Source of the DNA: Utricularia gibba
Taxonomy: Eukaryota > Plantae > Magnoliophyta
NCBI GenBank assembly: GCA_002189035.1
Contig: NEEC01000004.1
Coordinates: 124,001-188,000 of the forward strand
Direction of reading: 5' to 3'
Length of the DNA: 64,000 nt
Shown: one piece after another, positions 56,498 to 64,000 of the stretch
Layout: every line of letters begins with the position of its first letter
Numbering within the stretch: the first letter of the stretch is position 1
Translations under genes and position numbers: made by a program
The notes under the pieces: model-generated
Seen by the model: only the letters and a program-made list of their open reading frames with translations
The model's database searches: none
What the model was told of the DNA's origin: nothing

Positions 56498-57667
56498 TTT
56501 AAGGAAGAAAGCGAGTCGTATGGCGAATTCAGGTTAACTGTTGTCGAGGAAATCCGGCGACCACGGTCGTCATAGTTCGCCGGGAAATGTGATAGTGAAA
56601 AAAGCCTGCGCTTCACGCGAAAATGAAGTGGCTTGCCCAGCGAAATGCGGTGGTAGCCGTAGGATTCATTTGAGTAAAAGGCAGCACCATTTGCAGCAGT
56701 TATATAGACGACAGCAGCTCCCAGAAATTGCATGTAATTCCCCTCAAACCAATGAAAGTAACCGTAGAATCATACCAACGAACGCTTTGGATTTTTGTTT
56801 TCTTTTCTTGGTTTCACGTACTAAAAATAGTTTTTATATGATTATTTACGTTTTTTATTTATTATGACTCTCGTATTAGCAAAAGATTCCACGCTAGTCA
56901 ACCATATTAAACTATATTTTTAAAAATTACTTCAAATTTTATTTTACCAAAATTGAAATTCTTATAAAATTAATTAATATCTGGATTGTAAAAAACAAAA
57001 ATATATTCTTATAAATAAATAGCATATTTACTTATGTTCATTGGTAACCATATTTTATAAATTTATAAATATATGCATTACAAGTAATTTGTATTACAAT
57101 AATATTTTATAATCATATTTTATGTTATTACTATAGTTTAAATGTTTTAAAATTGGAATACAAAATTAAAGTACTAAATATTATAAAGTAAAGTAAATTT
57201 ATTACATTATTATCAATACAATAAACAATTTATTTACAAATTGATATTAATTTTAATTTTTTATAAAAGGAACATATATAATTATAAATTCATATATCAA
57301 ATCATTTTTTATAGAAAAGTCATCCTTTCATACTTTTACGTGAAGTGAATGCATTCTCAAAAATCAAGTTTTATAGAAGATAATTTAGTATACGCTTGAA
57401 ATGTAGAAATAATTTTATGAAAATAAAATTGATGATGAGAAATGAATTAATTTACAAACCTAGCATTAGTGAAATTAAAAATTTAAGAGTATAAAATCGT
57501 TTCTAAATATAAAATTGTCAGAAAATGACGCCCTGAGAAAAATATTATCCTAACGATTAAACCGTCGGGTACGGTAGATATTTTCCTGCCAATATAAAAA
57601 ACCCTAGACAACCCCCAGAAAAACCCTAACCCTACAATGAAAGCTTCCTTCCCCACCTCGTCCAGAT

Positions 57668-57769
57668 CGTTGACATTTTGTCATTTACCCTAACCCTTTC
57701 TTTTTTTGGATTAGGAAACCCTCGTTGACATTTACCCTATCCCTTTCTTTTTTTGGATTAGGACACCCT
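57668..57769. repeat. Tandem direct duplication, about 47-55 nt units
   Basis: CGTTGACA...TTTACCCTA.CCCTTTCTTTTTTTGGATTAGGA.ACCCT occurs at 57668-57722 and 57723-57769. Confidence 0.85.
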
Positions 57770-59348
57770 CTTCCGACAAGTTACATTCACTGAAGTAAAA
57801 GCATATGACGCGGCTCCAGCACGTTCTGCCACGTGGCTCAAAAGTACTGTTTGACTTCGCAGGTCCGCGTGCTCCCCAGGGGGCTGGAGCCTGGATTGAC
57901 AGGTAACAGCATGACCTGTTCATTTATACATGAATTTCCCTTCATTTAGCATCAACCTGACGCAGCGTAAGATATTTTGGCAGTTGGTATCTGAGTATAC
58001 GGAGAAACAGTCCCCAGAAGTGATTTACAGCCATTGCTGAATCATGTTGAGATGGTGATGGAGGAATCCTTGAGTGCTGCTGATACTTGTCTAAAACCTG
58101 TGGTGATCAGCTGTGTTAGTCCCCACGCAGCATCCGATCCGGTAGGGTGAAGAGCACCAGATACCGCCTTGAAATTCTGAATAGTAAACCCACCATGTTG
58201 CTGTCTGTGAGTGCAGCAGACTGTGGGAAGTGGGAGCTGCTTCATCATCATACAATGGACCTATCCAACTGAACTCACTACTTGCAGTTTTTAATGGGCA
58301 AGTTTGTTGTTTTTCATTAGGAGAAACCCTAACTGCCACCCAGTGGATAATCCTCCTGTTCAAACACCAAAAATGGGAATCATTTGAATTCCAATACCAT
58401 TTGTGTATTTGTTTACGTTTCCGAATACGTACGTGTTAAGCTACGTTTATTTGATAGAAATATTTAATTCGTAAAATATTTATATAGTTTTTCAAGTTAT
58501 GTTTAATTTATCTCATGAATTTTCTTAATTGATTAAATTTTATAAATCATAATAAAGATACATATTTATAAGAAATTATCTATTGAAAATAAATATGACT
58601 ATAATTATATTATATGTATGCATTTGGGTTGGGGTTGATGTCAATAGAAGAAGAGGGCCGTTATCTGGATTGGCCCAATTAATTTGTGGGTGGGTCGAAA
58701 ATTGGCCCATGGGCTAAGCCTACACATCTTATATGGGCTTTTCGTACGGGGTAATTATTGCGATGGTGCCCTTGCCTTGAAACCTGGGAAACTTTTTGAC
58801 CGTTGAGCAAAAAAGCGTGGGAACTAATCTTTTGATATCTGGTTTTTATGGTGTGTTTTTAGCTTCGAATAATGAAAATGGTTCGCATTGTCACTCAGAA
58901 TAGTGTTGTCGTGCTCGTTGTTGCAAATGCACGGAGCTGAAGACCAATGAGGGGGGGTATTTTGTGCGTTCAAGAACGGAGCTTTACGTTCCCGAAGCGC
59001 AGAACACGACACAGACCTTCAGAGCGCAAATCCGCTGGCTCCAGACCCCAACCAACGGCTACAAGTTTTGATTTTTACGGCATTCGAGGCTGTAAAGAGA
59101 GGGATGCCGTAAATGCAATAGAACCCAACAAAACAAAGGGGAAAAAAGCAGCAAAAAAGAGGAAAAGTATAGAACTATCGTGTTTAATTCTAACCGTTGG
59201 ATATTCATTCTCGCAAACAAGTTTCGTCACTGATGCTCTCCGTTTCCCTCTCTTTGTCAAGCTTCGCATTTCTTAAATGCAATTTTCACTTGTCCATTTC
59301 AGTCCCACTGTTCAAAGTTTCTTTCTTTTCTCCGTTTACTGGAGAAAA

Positions 59349-61103
59349 ATGGCCTTGCTCCTCTTCTTTCTCTTGATCGTTCTGTCAGTTTCTTCTGCTG
59401 ATGAAGGTTCGTTTCTGCCGTAACTTCAGCTCCCCTTTCTCTTCTGTGTTTTGCTTGTGGTCTTACGTAATGTGCTTCTTGTTGCATTGCAGAGGCTTTC
59501 ATTGGGGTGAACATTGGAACAGAGCTCTCGGATATGCCTCACCCCACACAAGTTGCTGAACTGCTGAAATCTCAACAGATTCGTCATGTACGCCTCTATA
59601 ACGCTGATAGGGGAATGCTTGTTGCTCTTGCCAACACAGGAATCAAGGTTTCAATTTCTGTGCCAAATGATGAACTTTTAGCTGTTGGGGATCCAATTCC
59701 TCAGCTGCGAATTGGGTTTCTCAGAACGTGGTCGCTCATTACCCTGCTACAAATATTACAACAATCTGTGTCGGTTCTGAGGTTCTGACATCTGCACCTC
59801 ATTTAGCTCCTGTCCTTGTGAACGCACACAGGTTCATACATTCAGCACTTGTGGCTTCAAATCTTGATCGAGAAATCAAAGTTTCAAGCCCTCTTGCTTC
59901 TTCCATTGTTCTGGACTCTTTCCCGCCTTCTCAAGCTTTCTTCAATCGTTCTTGGAACTCTGTTTTAGTCCCAATGCTTAGGTTTCTGCAGTCCACAGAT
60001 TCGTACTTCATGATCAATATTTATTCGTATTACGAATACATCCAATCCAATGGGATAATCCCATTGGATTATGCACTTTTGAAGTCTCTTCCTCCAAACA
60101 AAGAAGCTGTGGATGCAAATACACTGCTGCATTATACCAATGTCTTTGATGCTGTGGTGGATGCTGCTTACTTTGCAATGGCTGATCTTAACATCACCAA
60201 CGTCCCTGTTCTAGTGACTGAATCCGGTTGGCCGTCCAAAGGCGGTTCCAATGAGCCGGACGCGACCTTGGAGAATGCAGATACCTACAACAGCAATCTG
60301 ATCAGACATGTGCTTAACAAGACAGGAACTCCAAAGCATCCTGGTATTTCAGTTAGTGCTTATATCTATGAACTGTACAATGAGGACATGAAACCAGGGC
60401 CCCTGTCTGAGAAGAACTGGGGCTTGTTCGACGCAAATGGAGCTCCGGTTTACATCTTGCGGTTGGCTGGATCCGGCTCCGTGTTGGCAAATGACACTAC
60501 TCACCAGACTTATTGTACTGCAAGAGACGGGGTGGATTCAAGAATGCTCCAAGCTGCTCTGGATTGGGCTTGCGGACCTGGAAAAGTGGATTGCTCTCCT
60601 CTGTTACAGGGGCACCCCTGCTATGAACCGGATACCGTGGCCGCACACGCGACGTATGCATTCGATACGTATTATCATCAGTCCGGTAGGACTCCGGGGA
60701 CCTGTGATTTCAACGGGGCTGCTGCAGTCACTACCACCAATCCAAGTAGGCACAGCAAATGAAATCTTTATGTCGCTTTAGTTTCAGATTATGGGTAAGC
60801 TAATCCATCCCCAACGCATCATTTTTTCAGGCCATGGTTCCTGCATTTTCCCTGGAAGGTACACAGACTGGGATGTTTTCCATACCAGCAACAGGCATAC
60901 GGAATTCCATACAAACCTTTGGTACATTTCCTAATTCGTTTGCATCTTTGTGCAGCAGCAACCGCAACACGACCCTTTTGAGAAACAGCACCGCACCGGC
61001 ATCGGGTTTGAAAAGCTCTAGCTCACGGCCAGGGTTCTCCCAGGCATGCAGCACCTTGTACTTCGGCTTGATGGTTTCATGGATTGTTGCTGCAGCATTG
61101 TAG
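59349..61103 (+). CDS. Glucan endo-1,3-beta-glucosidase (GH17 + X8/CBM43, probably GPI-anchored); apparent -1 frameshift at about 59688
   Basis: Signal peptide, IGVNIGT, ICVGSEVL (acid/base Glu), VLVTESGWPS (nucleophile), IYELYNED, X8 domain YC.A...LQAALDWACG.G..DC, and a Ser-rich linker with hydrophobic C-terminal tail. Confidence 0.93.
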
Positions 61104-61344
61104 CGTAGACATGCAACTGAAAGATTTTTGTTTGGTTGTTGACAATCACAAAATGAGGCACAATTGCCCGTTTAGTCAGACTTCTTTACATGCGCGGAAG
61201 CAAACAAACTTTTAAAGTGCGGGAGCCAGTAGGTCAGCAAGAAAACAATTCGGGTGTGCAAACATCAAGTTAAAACTGAAGCATTAACGAGAGGGCGTAA
61301 CTAGGGCAGTCTGAAAGGAGTTTGAGGAGGGAACTTCCAAGAAT

Positions 61345-63234
61345 TTAAGATTCCATGGCTTCAGCATGATAACTATCGAGCTCCTTGTCAAGCTCTTCTG
61401 CGGATTTTTTGACCCACTGAGCTCCGCCCCGTCCCCTGCGTGCCTGTGTCTGTCCGCGCCCACGTCCATGTCCCCTGCCGGTCATGGTTCCACGACTCCT
61501 AACCTGCCAAAATGTTCGATTTGCGGCAGAAACACCTCCTCTTGGAATAGATGGCCCAGTCCCGGCAGCCCTGTAAATGATACACGACCTGATAAACATA
61601 TCTGACAGACAGTGACCAACATAATCAAGCACTCAACCACCATCAAGAAAGAGCCCTTCAGCAAAAGGATTGTTTCACTTACGCCATGACAACTGTACGC
61701 CTTTGCCCGGTTGTACCTCCAACAACATTAACACGAGGTGATACAGCAGTGTCAATACTGTCGCTCACTATCTCAAGTTTCATGGGCCTCCCGTCCAACT
61801 GAACATTGTTATATCGTCTCAGTGCTTGAATGACATCACTTCTCCGGAGGAAAATGACCTCAGCAGTGCCCTGGAAAAATCAGGACGAGGGAAAGAAATA
61901 AGGAACACGACGACCACGTCCGGACTAATTTGATAACATCAGCCACATAGCCCTCACAGAAAACACATCACTCGTTCATGAAGTGTACTTGTTAGTAATA
62001 TAAAGCACCATGGGGCGTGTAATCCAAAAAACTGAAGAAGCACCAAAATCAATCTTACACTTGGACGTCCATTTCTGTTGAAATGAACTGCATAACGGAC
62101 CAGCTCGCCAATCTCAGAGAAGAGCTCCTGGTTGGAAATATTTTTCAGTATGCGCCCAATACAAACCATTGCAAAAGTTGAAAACATTTGCTTAACAGGA
62201 TGCTTGTACCCTTATATCTTCATTTGTAACACGCATGTCCAGATTCGAAATATGCAATTTCGTACCAACTTCTCTACCAGACAAATCAGCTGCTTTAATA
62301 CTGTCTTCAACAAGACCATTATGCCAAGGCAAATTCTTGGTTGTTCGAATCGACTGATACAAGGAGACAGGGAAATCAATATACTTTACAACCAGAAAAC
62401 AGCATTTCACTTTTCATGTAAATGACATATCAGAAAAGTTCCAAGATGAAGACACCCCACAGGCTCAGAAAGAATTCTAACACCACTGCAAAATGAGGTA
62501 TGAAATTAGATATGACTGAGGAGATCCACTAGCAGACTGCGAGACAGCCAAACAGGCTTGGGCATTTTCAGAATGCCATTGATCCCTCAGCAAAAAAATT
62601 TCTCAAATAACCAAGACATCCACCAACTCCCCTTAAAAATTAAAGAACGAAACGATAGAGAGCCATCTGCTTATAAAAGTAGTAACACCTTGTCACTTTC
62701 CAGTTTTAGTTATAACAGTGAAAAGCACATCATGTGGGATCTGGGCTCTTCTAGATGTCATTCCAGATATAATCAAATCCACATTTCCATGGAAGGCATT
62801 CCAGTTATGACCAATAGGCAATTCGAACTGTACAAAATGTACCATAGGAGCTGCACAACCATCATATTCCACAAGGCGGACTCACAACTAACAGATTCTC
62901 TCACTGTTCACATACTGCAAGTTTCTCCATAAACCAAGGACATTCTTTTGTTTCTAATGCAACCACACAATCTTCATCGCGGTATTATAGCTTACGGATT
63001 TGTCAAGAAAATGCATAAGCTTCCATAATTCGGGCTTGCCTTGGCAATAGAAAATGCTGAAGGTCGAACATTTAGACCGAGTACATTTCTGCGTAGAGCC
63101 CCAGATACTCGGCCACCTCTCAATGCCCGTCCGCGCCCTCTTCCAAATTGAGCCCCTAAAAATGTTCTGCCTCCTCTATTAAGATTTCGCCTGTTCCTTA
63201 TCACATCATCCAAAGACACGTCCAAAGATGCCAT
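61345..63234 (-). CDS. ALY: THO complex subunit 4 / ALYREF-like mRNA export factor (ALY3/4 type); 5 exons; intron 1 is GC-AG (63039-62354)
   Basis: N-terminal UBM SLDVSLDDVI, RGG region, RRM GTKLHISNLD..VTNEDIRELFSEIGEL...GTAEV...YNNVQLDGRPMKLE, C-terminal UBM KSAEELDKELDSYH. Confidence 0.93.
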
Positions 63235-64000
63235 TCGCAACAAGTCTGCATTTTTTTTACATAAGAACTACTTATAAAAAAAAATAAGAGAACGAATGAC
63301 GAACAATTATTTTAATCAGAAACAATATCAACTCATCATATACATAAGGTTAAATCGCGAACCAACAAAGAAAACAAAAAAAAAGATCTAACTCAAAACA
63401 AGATAAACAGTAGAGACTAAATCACACGAATATAATTAAGAAACAAGTAAAAAGGAATTGCAAACCTGAGATTGATAAAGCAGCAGTCTATCTATCGCCT
63501 TTCGATGTTGAGGAAACCGAACCCACCGCAAAAAGGTATCAGAAAACTAGGAATTCGAAATTTCGGAAGAGGGAAACAGTGCGAACTTTAGGATCAAAGG
63601 AATTGGGTAGAAGGGGAGCTGAGCGTCTGCAATTGTAGATCTAGGGTTCCAAAGGTCACTCAAAAGCGCGCAATCCCGCAGAGATACTTATGGTAAAAAG
63701 TTTCTCGGTCACTGGGCTTTTCCAGCCCAATATCATTTTGGGCTTCTAAACGCCATCTAAGGGGTATATTAGTAATAAACGAACATTCACCAGCATAATA
63801 TTCTGTTAATAAAAAACATGCAATTTTTTTATTACATTTAAAAATTAAAATACTAATAATTCATAACAAGATTATCCCAAAATCAATGAGTTAATGCGCT
63901 TTTTACATCATTAATTTTGTGTTTTTATTAATTCAATAGAACATGTTTAGAATGTGTATTAGGAAGATTTAGATTATGGTACCAACTATAAAAAAGTTGA

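Noticed and set aside
56870-57500. Very AT-rich tracts (also about 33000-33500 and 52380-52620) as possible transposon interiors
   Set aside because: No TIRs, TSDs or coding remnants could be identified by eye.
57668-57769. Direct repeat as a CRISPR-like array
   Set aside because: Only two adjacent units with no spacer, in a eukaryotic context with no cas genes.

Overview
Gene-dense eudicot nuclear DNA with about 20 complete intron-containing protein genes in 64 kb, mostly short (about 65-150 nt) introns and very short intergenic gaps. This is compatible with a miniaturised genome such as Utricularia/Genlisea (inference only). Order: 3' end of an unknown gene, STR7 rhodanese, alpha/beta hydrolase, DIVARICATA-type MYB, thylakoid rubredoxin, LRAT/NC-domain protein, PORR protein, archaeal-type iPGM, NBS1, At1g65710-like disordered protein, DJ-1D, a pair of box C/D snoRNAs with their own promoter, REVEILLE, UGPase (with a U12 intron), HD-ZIP IV, GAD, PRP38/SRL1, KANADI, two tandem SKOR/GORK K+ channels, GH17 beta-1,3-glucanase and ALY/THO4. 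About ten genes carry isolated single-base frameshifts, mostly in short C/G runs, which look like assembly errors rather than pseudogenisation. The most interesting signal is the second SKOR copy: it has inward-rectifier-like residues at the S6 gate (N-M-I instead of D-M-I) and after the filter (HPVN) plus an eroded KHA domain, next to a canonical copy. No CRISPR, rRNA, tRNA or autonomous transposon was recognised.
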